Shown: in pieces, positions 37,049 through 47,901 of the stretch
Numbering within the stretch: the first letter of the stretch is position 1
Layout of the letters: each line of letters begins with the position of its first letter
Origin: Sphaerodactylus townsendi
Lineage: Eukaryota
Assembly: GCF_021028975.2 (NCBI RefSeq)
Contig: NC_059426.1
Coordinates: forward strand, 30,752,001-30,816,000
Direction: 5' to 3'
Length of the DNA: 64,000 nucleotides
Position numbers and translations under genes: made by a program
Notes under the pieces: model-generated
Told to the model about the DNA's origin: nothing
Databases searched by the model: none
What the model saw: the letters and a program-made list of their open reading frames with translations, nothing else

Positions 37049-37354
37049 TAAGAAGAAGAGTTGGATTTATATTCCCCCTTTCTCTCCTGTAAGGAGACTC
37101 AAAGGGGCTTACAATATCTTTGCCCTTCCCCCCTCACAACAAACACCCTGTGAGGTGGGTGAGGCTGAGAGAGCTCAGAAGAACTGTGACTAGCCCAAGG
37201 TCACCCAGCTGGCATGTGTGGGAGTGCACAGGCTAATCTGAATTCCCCAGATTCAGGTGGCAGAGCAGGGAATTCCACAGCTCAGATGGCAGAGCAGGGA
37301 ATCAAACCCGGTTCCTCCAAATTAGAGTGCACCTGCTCTTAACCACTACGCCAC
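37049..37354 (-). mobile_element. Squam3-like SINE copy with internal duplication
   Basis: Similar to 36358-36620, with ggcagagcagggaat present twice. Confidence 0.82.
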
Positions 37355-38290
37355 TAATAGTCCATTTTAATCTTTCCCCCACTCTTCTACGTGAACAGAA
37401 TGGAATAGAACTACCTGCTTTCTTGTGTGATATATTTCCTTTCCCACTGTAAGCTAAGCAAAGGACATACAGAGCTTTGTTCCCATGGGCGCTCTGAAGG
37501 GCTGACAAGTGTCCTGCCCTGTAAGATCCAACATTACGCACTTTTAAAAACATCATCCTTCCAGGCAGGGCAGACCACTGCATCCCCTACTTTTCCCACC
37601 CCCTTTCCTCTCCCCTCTTTGTAGCACTTTCCTGATTTGCTAGAAAAACAGAAAACGAACACCAATGGAAGCACAGGACAGAGCGTCTTAGAATTAGCCT
37701 CCTTGTTTCTAGCAAAATAAGATGGGATATAACAAGATTAAACATATTCAATCGAAGGAAGACATACTTAGGTCACTTGTCATGAACAGAGGTTGGATTC
37801 AGTCTATTGAGGACAAGAGGTAATGGCTACCAGGCAGAATCAAAAATGGGACTTCCTAGTTACCAATTCAGTCACTCTGGCCCATGGGAAAAATAAATTT
37901 CCCTTTAGGCCAAACACCCAAAGATGAATCTTCTATAGAAGGCAAGACGATTTAACGTTAGACAAAACGCAATGCTATAAAGTAGCATGAACTGAGATTC
38001 AAATGGATGTTACCTAGGAACTTACAGTGGCCACTATCCAGACAGAGTTGCTCCTAGTATTACCGTAACAGCAATTGTTTGACACATGAGGAGGCAGAGT
38101 TCTACGGCTTCAAAGAAATTTATTTTCAGGCTAACCGGCTCGCTTGCAGCAAGCTGCCTAAGTCCATAAATTAAAACGTAAACGCAATACAGTATTTCCT
38201 TCTGATAACACAGAAGCAGGATACATAAACCGTGGGAATACTAACACACAGCACACCATTTTACACGTAATGTTTTTTTTCCATTTCAAG

Positions 38291-38296
38291 TTTATT
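38291..38296 (-). terminator. Proximal AATAAA polyadenylation signal of PPIG
   Basis: tttatt on the plus strand, about 140 nt past the stop. A second copy lies at 38119-38124. Confidence 0.55.
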
Positions 38297-38433
38297 AAAA
38301 CTTTAGCAGTACAAATGATCCAGGTTGCAGGTTTATCAAAAGACCAAACTGAAGTCCACATTTTTTTTTAAAAAAAGAAGTGTTCCCCAATATGTCTCTA
38401 GAACCTGGAAGCAGAAATAATAAGTTCATAAAC

Positions 38434-39559
38434 TCATCCACGTCTGTCTTCATCAGTTCCAGGACTTGATTCATGATCAGATTTTTTATCTTTCCCATGG
38501 GCACGGTCCCTCTCCTGATCCTTTGATTTTTGGTTGACCTCTTTTTCTCTTGAGGAACGGGACCTGTCCTTTTCTCTTTCCTTACTCCTGCGCGAAGATG
38601 ATCTTTTCAATTCTCTGTCTTTGCTGCTTCGCCTTTTCTTTGAATCAGGGCTTCTATCTTTATCTCTACTGGACTTTTTATGTTTGTTGGTCTCGGGGCT
38701 ACTAGTGTCACGGGTTTTTGAATGCTTTCTTTTTTCAGAATCATCCTTTTTGTGAGAACTTTTGCGTTCCTGACTCCGATGCCTGTCTTTACTTCGACTT
38801 TCATCCCTCTCGGAGCTCTGAGATTCTTTCCTTCTCTTGCTCTCTTTATTTTTAGATTTTTCCGGTGTCTCTTTTCTGTCTCTGCTTCTTGATCGTCCAC
38901 TTCTTTTATATTCCTTATCTTTGTATTTGGAATAATCTTTACTTCTGCTGCGTTCTCGTTCTTTGCTTCGGGTCCTGGCTCGCTTCCCTCTCTCCCCGCT
39001 TTTGCTCCGCTCTCTGGTCTTACTATTGGAGCCGTGTTTACTTTTTGATGGTTCACGTTCTTTGCTCTTGGACTTGGCGTGTTTTTCTCTGTCTTTACTT
39101 TTAACGTGATTCTGACCGTTACTTTTAGATTCCCCTCTTTTGTTCTTTTCCTTACTTCTGCTTCTCTCTCTTCCACGGGAATCGCCGTATTTTTCTTTGT
39201 CCCTCTCTTTCTCGTGGTCCCTCTCCCTGCTTCCCAGTCTACTTTTCTTTTCTTCATGTTTGCTATGTCGGGAGTCCTTCTCCTTACTTTTTGATACTTC
39301 TTTGCTTTTGCTCTGGCTTTTGGATCGAGCCCTTTTTTTGGCCTTACTTCTGTTATGCTTCTCCTTATCCTCCTTCTCTGAATTTCTCCTTGTCTCCCTG
39401 TCTCTACTGCTGGATTTGTGATCTTTTGTTTTCTTTTCCTTCTCCCCTCTCCTGCTGGGGCTCTCAGAAGTTTGTCTATGGTCAGATGCTTTTCTTTCCC
39501 TTCCTCGCCCAGGGCTTTTCTGATTTGCAGCATCCTTCTTGTTCTCGTTAACTTCACTC
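38434..39559 (-). CDS. PPIG: PPIG terminal coding exon (Arg/Ser-rich domain)
   Basis: ttttaaag|G SEVNENKKDAANQKSPGRGRERKASDHRQTSESPSR...GTDEDRRG*. 1126 nt, with both ends checked in frame. The ORF track missed this frame. Confidence 0.93.
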
Positions 39560-39646
39560 CTTTAAAAAAAAGAGAGAAGAAAATTTGGTCATTAATAAAT
39601 GAAGCTGTGTTTACATTACAAATAATATATTATTTTGCTGTATATA

Positions 39647-40135
39647 CAGTGGAACCTCAGTTTTCATTGCCTTCGGTTTTCATCGATTTTTTCAGTGAAA
39701 AATTTGTCTCGGTTTTCATCGATTTGCCTCGGTTTTCATCAATTTGCAGTAAGGTGCAGGGGCTTGTAAAGAAAAATCACCTGGACAAAGCTGTTGCAGG
39801 CCATGTCTGCAACTTGTTTAATGACAATGTCTTGCCCCATTTCAGACAAATCTTAAAGAGGCATCAGAAACAGACCTCTTTGGACAGCTTTCTGGTGCGA
39901 CATTGGTCCACTGGCTCTGAAGCTGGTCCTAATGTTATTGTTTGTTACTGTTTTCAGCATTAAACACTATGTTTATTCACCAAAAATGTGTTTTTGATAT
40001 GTTTTTTGGAGTGCCTAGAACGGATTAATTGGATTTACATTGATTCCTATGGAAAAGTTTGCCTCAGTTTTCATCGGTTTCGGTTTTCATCGATTCTTTT
40101 CGGATGGATTACCAACAAAAATCGAGGTTCCACTG
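39647..40135 (+). mobile_element. Tigger/pogo (Tc1-mariner) internally deleted element
   Basis: TA|cagtggaacctc ... gaggttccactg TIRs, with a transposase C-terminal remnant CNLFNDNVLPHFRQILKRHQKQTSLDSFL. Confidence 0.82.
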
Positions 40136-40267
40136 CAGTTTGAAGATGACTACAAACGTTCTAGCAAACAGCCAGAGAGGGAAAGAGTATTGAATAGAAG
40201 GTTAAAAAAAAGCCAGTGCTACTGAAGTTGAGAAATTCCCAGAGGGAGAACTCTGTTCACATCTTAC

Positions 40268-40404
40268 TTATCCCCCTTGATCCATCTTTCTCCACTTGAC
40301 ACTCTCATTCTCTGAGCTCTCTGCATTTCTTGTCTCCAGTGCGGAGGAGTCTCACTGCGTCTAAAGCGATCTCTTGACCTGGATCGTGAAGGTGTCCGAT
40401 AGCG
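40268..40404 (-). CDS. PPIG: PPIG coding exon 11
   Basis: caacag|RYRTPSRSRSRDRFRRSETPPHWRQEMQRAQRMRVSSGERWIKGD AA|gtaag. Confidence 0.96.
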
Positions 40405-41087
40405 CTGTTGAAAAGGAAAGGAAAACGTTCGATTAAAATATAGTGCGCTAACAGCAGATGCAATGCACATGATTGTGAGTTCCCTCGCCAGAAACAGAAA
40501 GGGAAGTTTCTGTATTTGAGGGCAAAACAATCACATTTTTATGGAGCAGTAGAAGGTTAATGTTTCCACACATGGCGAAACCACAGAACAAGTCTTCAAC
40601 CCCACCAGAAAAGAATGGAATTTTTGGGAAAACTCAAAATATATAATCCCTTTTACTTACCGATCTCACCTAAAATTAGTTTACCCTTTTGACTTCAAAA
40701 AAATGCTTAATTTATAACACAGCATATCAAATCGTACTATTTGACATGTTTATAGAATTAGAAATACAAATGCCTACAAGCAAAATTGTCAATATAAACT
40801 ACTAGCAATAAAGCCTGTTGTGCGAAAAAATACAACGGGCTCTAGAAAACTAATCCTCCCAGAGCAAGAGATGTGGCATATTTACTGGAAATGGCGCCCA
40901 GTGGAAACACTGAAATTGAGCCCCCTCCCCCGAAAACCCCAGCTTTGTCAAGGAGGGGCAGCAGGGTGCCTGTGAAGATGGGGAGAGTTCTCTTCATCTT
41001 CATAGGCAATCCCCCGTTTGCAAAGCTGAATACCAGCTTTGCAAAGGGGAGGGGGAGCCAGCAGGGTGCCTGTGAAGATGGGCAGAC

Positions 41088-41310
41088 ATGCTTCAATTTG
41101 TCAACATCCCTCTTGAATTGTGATTCCCAGAACTGGACACAATATTCCAGGTGAGGTCTGACCAACGCAGAACAGAGTGGTACTATTACTTCCCTTTATC
41201 TAGACACTACACTCCTGTTGATGCAGCACAGAATCGCATTGGCTTTCTTAGCTGCCACCTCAGGCTGTTGGTTCATATTCAGCTTGTGGTCTCCTAAGAC
41301 TCCAAGCATT
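41088..41310 (-). mobile_element. CR1 LINE reverse-transcriptase 3' fragment
   Basis: [23 protein letters not shown] is a typical CR1 ORF2 C-terminal motif. Confidence 0.85.
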
Positions 41311-41503
41311 TTTTCTCAATCTCACCAAATTTTCCTCCTTTACTACAGCCCCCCACTCCATATTGCTTTTGTCCCTGTAGATACCATTATCCCCAGGATA
41401 GTCTTTTTTGTGATCAAGGGGGACCCACTGGTTAGATAAAAATCAAGGTCGTTTACATAAAATAACTGCATCATTACATGGTAAAACAAGAAACCAAACC
41501 TAC

Positions 41504-41588
41504 TCTTGGTCCTCTTCCTTTTATCTTCCGCCCAGATCTCGTTACCAACAACCTTCTCTGATATGAGGATTGACAGTTTGATGGGTTA
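41504..41588 (-). CDS. PPIG: PPIG coding exon 10
   Basis: cctag|T NPSNCQSSYQRRLLVTRSGRKIKGRGPR|gtaggt. Confidence 0.95.
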
Positions 41589-42125
41589 CTAGGAATCAAG
41601 AAGAGAGAATTCAGTGCAATACTAGAAAGGCTGTGAATTTTTTTCCACCTCTTCCTATAGCTAAATTTATATTGCTGAAGATCTATCAAATCACAGAGCA
41701 CTCACAAACAGTTGGCTGAATGTTTTCTGTACAGCAAGGCACTCAATCGTACCATTGTAAGACCCATGAAGCCATAGTGAAAAAAATATAACCTGTCAAA
41801 ATGGTAACCTTAAATATATGGGGAAGTCTAACTTAGCCCCCTTCTGCACATGCAGAACAATGACCTTTCAAACAACTTTCAATGCACTTTGCAGCTGGAA
41901 TTGCCAAATCCACTTGCAAACCATTGTGAAAGTGAATTGAAAGTGCATTATTCTGCATGTGTGGAAGGGATCTAAGATTAGAAGGAAGCTGTTATTTTTC
42001 CTTTCCTTCAACACAGTCTTTCATTTACAAAAAGGCTTTCTAAAGGGTCAGCAAGCAGCAAATGACCCAAGGCAACCCAAATGTGGTTCAACAGAGCTCA
42101 TTTCAGATCAAACACAGTGCTTTAC

Positions 42126-42293
42126 CTCTCCCTTTCCTTTTCCCTGGTTTTTGCCTCTTTCTCTTTTTCATCCACTTTAGGAGGACTTTTCCTCATCAGG
42201 AACCTGTTTTCTGGTACAGGAGGAATCTCTTCTGGACGGACAGTAGAAAGCGGCTGTGATTCAGGATTTTCTGCTTCATTTTCACTGGCTGAG
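42126..42293 (-). CDS. PPIG: PPIG coding exon 9
   Basis: ataaag|C SASENEAENPESQPLSTVRPEEIPPVPENRFLMRKSPPK...AG|gtaaag. Confidence 0.94.
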
Positions 42294-42756
42294 CTTTATT
42301 CATAAAAAGAACAACATTTATTTGTATCTATTGGAAACAAATAATTAATTTTTCTTTAATTTGAATCTGCCAATTTCAAATCAATCAAGACCACAAAAAC
42401 ATGGAAGATACAAATTAAAAATGACTAAGTTTTGTACTTATTTACTGTAAGTGAACCAAGCATATGCAGTAAGCCCTCTGGAATATTCTATATATATATA
42501 AAAAAATAACTAAATAGCTCCAGTTTTGTTCTGAAATTGCATTTTTAGTCACTATGATTACACAGATATGCAGAAAATGCTGTGGTGATAAAAGAGTTTG
42601 AAAATGTCATAAAATACACATACGGTGTATTCTATAAAAATGACATTGTTACAATACTATAAGAAAATTACAAGATACAGTGTCAATTACTCTTTCCAGC
42701 AATAGTTCATGTTGCTGTTATCTAGTTAGCTTTTCTAATATTTTCCTCAGTTTTAC

Positions 42757-42961
42757 CTCTTCTTGCTTTTCTTTCTCTTTTTCTTTTCTTTCTTGTGTTT
42801 CTTGGAATTTTTCTTGTGCTTCTTTTTCTTTTTCTTTGTTTTTTCTTCAGAAACACTTTCAGACTCCGAGGATGAATCGGAAGATGACTTTGAATCGCTG
42901 GAGCTTTCAGAATCACTAGATGAGGACGATGACTTATGTCTTTTCTTCTCTTCCTTCTTGG
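42757..42961 (-). CDS. PPIG: PPIG coding exon 8 (Ser- and Lys-rich linker)
   Basis: tttaaag|CC KKEEKKRHKSSSSSSDSESSS...KKRKKSKK AG|gtaaaa. Confidence 0.94.
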
Positions 42962-44660
42962 CTTTAAATTAAAAGCACAGACATACAATCATCGAAGCAA
43001 AAAACCCAAATAAGTCTTTTTCATCTTTTTAAAATGATCACAGAAGTATGAAACAATGTCTGGCTACTTTCTATAAACTAATACTGATTCCCCAATTTTT
43101 TCCTCTGATCAACTAGTAAAGAAATCTTCGTGTCATATTAGAGATGTTTTTACACTTAGCTGGCCACTGAGTCCTCATATCAGATTGACAGAAAACCCGC
43201 TGTGCCTGTAGAGACAGTTCTAGACACCTCTGCTATTTTGTGGAAGGCAACTAAAATCAGTCTGCTGTCATGGAAATCTTGGAACTTAATTACATATAGA
43301 GAGAGGTGGGGAGAGAGGGAAAGGAAGCGCTAGGTAGACAGAATGGTAGGTAGGTAGATAGGGTCTTAAATGATAGTCATACCTTAATTTAACACATAAT
43401 TCTTTCCCCACATTATATCAAACTGAGTCATATCAAACTGAACAGCAGCCCTGGTATCCTTGGCAGTCTTGCATCCAAGAACTACTAAGGACCCACCCTG
43501 CTTAACTTCTGAGATTCTTTAGGCCACAATGGATCACAAACAGAATCATAATGATCCAGATGTTCCTCCTGAATTACACACAGAATAAACTGCCATAAAA
43601 TACAGAAATGTACAATCTCTATTCAGATGGTGCATAGGAGAAATCAAGGCAGAAAACATCCTATGTGGAAACTTACGATATGTAAAACCACACTGTTAAT
43701 CCACTACATTTTGGAGTTGACCACCAGGCATCTATTTTTAATGAAATGATTAATATCTGTGCACCATCTGTTATCTAACCTTCTCCAGTACCTCAAGCAT
43801 ATAATCCCAATACATTTTATCCCTTCACTTGGAGCACAAGCTTGAACATCTGACCAGTCGAACGTTATCAAAACAATTGTCAAGTATTTATAACAAATTA
43901 ACTTCTTTAAAACATACAGTACTTTACAGTGCAATCCTAAGAAGAAGTACATTATTTTAAGTCCACTGAAGTCAATAGCCTTAGAAGGGTGTAACTCTGC
44001 TCGGAAATGCACTATTAAACATCTGATTTTGTAATCAGCGTGACAGTTATAAAACAATGAATTTTAAAAAATGAATTGTTTCTGGTAAGTAGGCACTTCA
44101 CTGAAAATTTCTCTTTGCTTCTTTTCCTGGGACACCAGAGTCAGCCACATTTATAGAAGTTTGAAAAAAGAAATTGAAAACAAAAATAAAGCAACAGCAA
44201 CTATGAACAAACCGAAGCAAGTTTTGAAAGTTGCCGATAATAACTGTCAACAGACTTAACTTTTAAAAACTGTGACTTACACTGTAGCATTTACTTAGTT
44301 GAAAAGCTGACAATATCAGACAGACATCAAATGAAAGAGACTGACATTATTTGACCTAATTCAGATATCTGAAGCTTTAGCAGATACAGAATGAAAGGGC
44401 AAAGTGGGACACGGTTAAAGAAAACCCATTACACCAACATCATAAAAACTATGTTAGGGAGATTATAATTGACTTCTGGATACTGGTTGTGGTGGGTTTT
44501 CCAGGTTGTGTGGCCATGGTCTGGTAGATGTGGTGTACTTCTGGATATGCTGGCAGATATGCCACAGAAGACCACCACACCACGATGCCCACAGAGCAGA
44601 GATCTCCCAATAAATTACACCTGTAATCCAAACAATGTATGTTACAAACAAAACCAAAGC

Positions 44661-44834
44661 AATGTATTGTCGAAGGCTTTCACGGCCGGAATCACTTGGG
44701 TGCTGTGTGGTTTCCGGGCTGTATGGCCGTGTTCTGGCAGCATTCTCTCCTGACGTTTCGCCTGCGTCTGTGGCTGGCATCTTCAGAGGATCTGCTAGAA
44801 CACGGCCATACAGCCCGGAAACCACACAGCACCC
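44661..44834. mobile_element. Penelope-like element terminal fragment with 43-bp inverted repeat
   Basis: Same family as 71-242 and 49800-49930. Arms 44698-44740 and 44792-44834 are reverse complements with 1 mismatch. Confidence 0.75.
44748..44790 (-). ncRNA. Minimal type-I hammerhead ribozyme motif (Penelope-like-element type)
   Basis: Minus RNA reads UCCU CUGAAGA U GCC-(13 nt)-GGC GAAA C G UC^AGGA. It has the full core, stem I UCCU/AGGA, stem II GCC/GGC, palindromic ACGU stem III and a GUC cleavage triplet. Confidence 0.75.
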
Positions 44835-44923
44835 AAAACCAAAGCAGCCAGCATCAGCAGTCAATTCGCCCAGGTTCAATTGCAATAACAGTTTTCTCCA
44901 TGGTTTATTTTGTTCACCTAGAC

Positions 44924-45046
44924 CAGGAGTCTGCAACCTGCGGCTCCCCAGATGTCCGTGGACTAAAAATCCCATCAGCCCCTGGCAGAGGCTGATGGGA
45001 ATTGTAGTCTATGAACATCTGGAGAGCCGCAGGTTGCAGACCCCTG
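44924..45046. mobile_element. Palindromic hAT (Charlie-like) MITE
   Basis: 8-bp TSD acctagac at 44916-44923 and 45047-45054, with long TIRs. Confidence 0.87.
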
Positions 45047-46416
45047 ACCTAGACGTTTCCCCACCTGCCTTTAAGAACCACACTTATAACATGTATTCCC
45101 TGGTATCACTTGCTCATCCTGATGTCTTCCACCATTCTACTGAGCTCTCATCACCATTCTACTGTGCTCTCCTCCTTTCGTGGATTCTCAGAACCCATCC
45201 ATGTTATTAAGGCCTTTCTCGTCCCACTGCCTAAACATCTAAACAGTGCTGCTGCTCTGATGTGTGCCTGTCGCTTCATTCTGCCTTTCCAGTCACTTCA
45301 GTCTCCAGATTTTAAGATCATCATGGCTGATTGACAGCTGCACAAGATGATCCTGATGGACAAACTAATTGCATACAACTCCCCAATCGGAAAAGGCTTT
45401 TTACTACCAGTTTCCTTCACTTACCATAACATCCTTATCAGGGCAGATAAGGATTAGTTCCCTCGCCTGCACTCCTCAGCGCTCTTCACTCCTTCCTTTA
45501 ACATTCTGCACAGAAAGTCTATTAGTCTTTATATTCTCTTGCCATCCTCCAAAGACTTTACTACTGTGCCTCCTGCCTGGTTGGAATGGCTATTCCCATG
45601 GGTTCTAATAGCTGTCTCCTCTGTTGTTAACAGAGGAACTGCTCCATGAAACACCTAGGATTTCAGCAGTATCCCAGGGTATCTCAAAGGCTGTACCTTC
45701 AAGCATCAGTAGCACTATGACATTTACCACATTCATAGCTAAAAGCAGATAAGTTGCAGGAAGAAGTGAGAAAGAAAAACCACAGCAGTGGTTTGTCACT
45801 TTGAAGTATGGGCTAAAAGCATCAGAGCTTTGCTAGGAATAGATCATCTATACTTGCTCATCCCATCACAAGCCCGAGGAAAGAAATCACTACATGGGGA
45901 ACTGTGCGCCATGCGAGAACACATAACATTTCAAGTATGAGAGTCGCACATTCCAGAGTTCACCTAATATCTCCTTCAGGTTCGCATCAAAACATAAACA
46001 AGCAGCAACATTTGGGGCATTTTCACAAACAATTTTCAAAAAGTGGTCTAACTGCCTCTAATCCATGTTGCCTGACCCTGCTCAATTACCAGAAAGCAAT
46101 CAGGCGACCACACACATGAAAGAAAGAATAGCTTCTCAAAATAGAAACCCAAAATCAGAAATTTAACTAACTACAAACACAGTGATCCACATTTAGGATT
46201 TCCACATTTCGCTATTGGCTTACATCAGCTATTGCTCGGTAGGCAGCACATGTTCCTCCAAACAATGTCGGACACAACAGATCTACGTAGATCAGGATCA
46301 GGTCCCAGAACTAGAGACATAGTACGCTTATTAATTCATACACAGAGGCACAAATATTACCAGATTGTTTAATAAGTGCATATGTTCTTCTGGCACAAGG
46401 TGCCTTCTGCTGACAT

Positions 46417-46701
46417 AAGAAGAAGAGTTTGGACTGATACCCCGCTTTTCTCAGCCATAAGGAGACTCAGAGCAGCTTACTGACTCCTTCCCTTCCTCTC
46501 CCCACAACAGACACCTTGCGAGACAGGTGGGGCTGAGAGTGTTCTGAGAGAACAGTGACTAGCCCAAGGTCACCCAGCAAGCTCCATGTGGAGGAGCAGG
46601 GAAACAAACCCAGTTTACCAGATAAGAGTCTGCCAGTCACGTGGAAGAGTGGGGGAATCAAATCTAGTTCTCCAGATTCAAGTCCACCACTCTCAACTAC
46701 T
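46417..46701 (-). mobile_element. Squam3-like SINE copy
   Basis: Similar to 12068-12360. Confidence 0.8.
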
Positions 46702-46867
46702 ATGCAAGAGAAAAGTAAAAGCCTCACCAGAATGAAATGACAGGATCCAAACTAGTGATTGCACTGAAGTGTGTTGTTTGAAAAGTACCAAATCCAGCCT
46801 TCAAAACAAATTCTGCTGCAGAACAGCAGAATTAGGCAGACTTAAGTAGCAAATCTATTTGCTACTT

Positions 46868-47050
46868 GATGGAAAGTGCCATCAAGGTGACCCCATAGGA
46901 CTCTGGAGGTAAAAGATGTACAGAGGTGGTTTGCCATTGCCTGTGCAGCAATCCTGGATTTCCTTGGGGGTGTCCTATCCAAGAACCAACCAGAACCAAT
47001 CTTGCTTAGCTTCTGAGTTCCGACAAGATCAGGCTAGCCTCGGCTATACC
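46868..47050 (-). mobile_element. 5S rRNA-headed SINE copy
   Basis: tgcttagcttctgagttccgacaagatcaggctagcc is the reverse complement of the 5S head. Confidence 0.7.
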
Positions 47051-47614
47051 TGGGAGTTAATTCCATTACATGAAATAGTATTTACTTCTAACCAAACATG
47101 GTCTAACTGTCGATTGTACAAAGGATATAGCAGTAGAAAAAATTGCAGAACCTCTTAATCCATACCACTCCTTGCAAAACTGCATTTAGCAGACAAGAGC
47201 AGAAGTTACAGGTGTAACACGTTGTCAGAAATGTCATTAGTTCATGCTAGGCTATAGTTTGTAACATGTGCCTCACAGTAACAAGTGAATACTTGTTCAT
47301 TTAAAAAAAGCGTTAACCGTTGCAAATCACGAATCTGTTTTTCTAGGTAATGAGGGTGAACACAAGGAGGACCAAAATTCACATTCCATCTGCAAAGGGT
47401 CACAAGGAAAGACACCACAAAGAAGTCAAATTTCACAATGTTCTAATCTAACTGAATGCACTCTTGTTACTATTCCTATGACAGCAGTTATGCGGAATTA
47501 ACTGGAGTTCTCTGTTGCTAAGCCACCCAGCCAGATCCACCACACCTCTGATACGAACAAAATCATGAAAACCATCTGTGCTTAGAAACATTTGAATAGG
47601 TATTTAGACCTTAC

Positions 47615-47754
47615 CTTTGGATTTTGGAATTAGTTCTCCGCAACTCATTATTCGCACTTCAGCATAAGGTTTACTAGATGCATCTGTTTTCTGGTTTTCT
47701 ATTTCTCTTACAACTTCTTGACCCGAGATTACTTGTCCAAACACAACATGAAGC
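47615..47754 (-). CDS. PPIG: PPIG coding exon 7 (end of cyclophilin domain)
   Basis: atttag|[48 protein letters not shown]|gtaagg. Confidence 0.96.
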
Positions 47755-47871
47755 CTAAATGATTAAAGCTAAATTTTAAAAGCTGACTGAAATTTCTAGC
47801 ACGATGAACATTTCAAGAAGTTACCCAATTATTAACCTTTCCAAGCACATATAAGACACCACAACACTTAC

Positions 47872-47901
47872 CCATCTAGGTGAGGTGTAGGTTTGGTTGT
47901 T
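47872..47901 (-). CDS. PPIG: PPIG coding exon 6 (30 nt)
   Basis: aaaag|A TTKPTPHLD GG|gtaagt. Confidence 0.94.

Noticed and set aside
38607-39557. 316-aa Lys/Arg-rich ORF overlapping the PPIG last exon in a shifted frame
   Set aside because: It starts at GTG, and the purine-rich, T-poor RS-coding sequence naturally lacks stops in other frames. The homologous PPIG frame is the one beginning at 39558.
44463-45210. 170-191-aa ORFs on both strands
   Set aside because: They span a Penelope terminal fragment and a MITE, and the internal peptide repeats simply reflect the inverted repeat.
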